DNA from: Phallusia mammillata
Taxonomy: Eukaryota
Assembly (NCBI GenBank): GCA_965637545.1
Contig: OZ281495.1
Location: forward strand, 18,352,001 to 18,416,000
Direction of reading: 5' to 3'
Length of the DNA stretch: 64,000 bases
The position numbers and the translations under genes were made by a program. Of this stretch, positions 63,511 through 64,000 are shown piece by piece (the stretch's first letter is position 1; the number at the start of each line of letters is the position of its first letter). Under the pieces are notes generated by a model. The model was not told the origin of the DNA, ran no database searches, and saw only the letters and a program-made list of their open reading frames with translations.

Positions 63511-64000
63511 CTTGGTTGCATTCATTTAAACACGCATCCAGTGTCAAGTATTTGCTATAACTTCCAAAAAATACCGGGAGGCATAAACAGCCGTTATCCA
63601 ATTGGACACATGTTCCAAGCCACTTTCAGAAAACCTAGCATCTAGGTTGATTGTTTTAAGAAAGTCTTTTGGGTAAGAAACTATCAACTTCCTTCATGTT
63701 GCTAACCCAAGTTTCAAAATTTCGTTCAAATTCATTCTCTAGTAATAACACAAGTTGTTCGGGATTCTCGAAGTCATTGGTTGTGTATCGGACTTTGGAC
63801 TTTTTAATTCAAAACATTTTAATTCGTGTAATTGTCGTGTCATATCATCACGGTCAACCCCGTTCATAACTCGCCTTTTTCTACACAAAAGCTTGACCGG
63901 CTGTTAAAACTGTTGAAACCTGTTTTACTTATTAATGCATCGGTCAATTACTGCTTAAGGCTATCGTTTTATCGTCCCCTTACGTGTTAACGTGAAGCAA

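Overview
AT-rich eukaryotic (metazoan) genomic DNA with very short introns (53-90 nt) and many MITEs. An ascidian/tunicate-type genome is my inference, not something the sequence proves. One + strand gene dominates the window (about 6.2-49.0 kb). I rebuilt it exon by exon from GT-AG sites and reading-frame phase: Ig V-set domain (2 exons), a single 36,729-nt phase-1/1 exon, 4 EGF (2 Ca-binding type), a C-type lectin (3 exons) and 5 sushi/CCP domains. The giant exon holds 43 near-identical 687-bp (229-aa) Ser/Thr-rich repeats carrying acidic Ser-Gly motifs. The predicted protein is about 12,950 aa. The domain order, the Ig and lectin sequences and the lectin intron phases are those of vertebrate lecticans (aggrecan/versican), but the hyaluronan-binding Link modules are absent. 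It therefore looks like a giant Link-less proto-lectican proteoglycan. The flanks and one intron are filled with non-autonomous DNA transposons: hAT MITEs with exact 8-bp TSDs, two long-inverted-arm Foldback/MULE-like elements, and a decayed piggyBac within a four-layer nest. There is also a tRNA-derived SINE-like family and a 200-N scaffold gap at 53524-53723.
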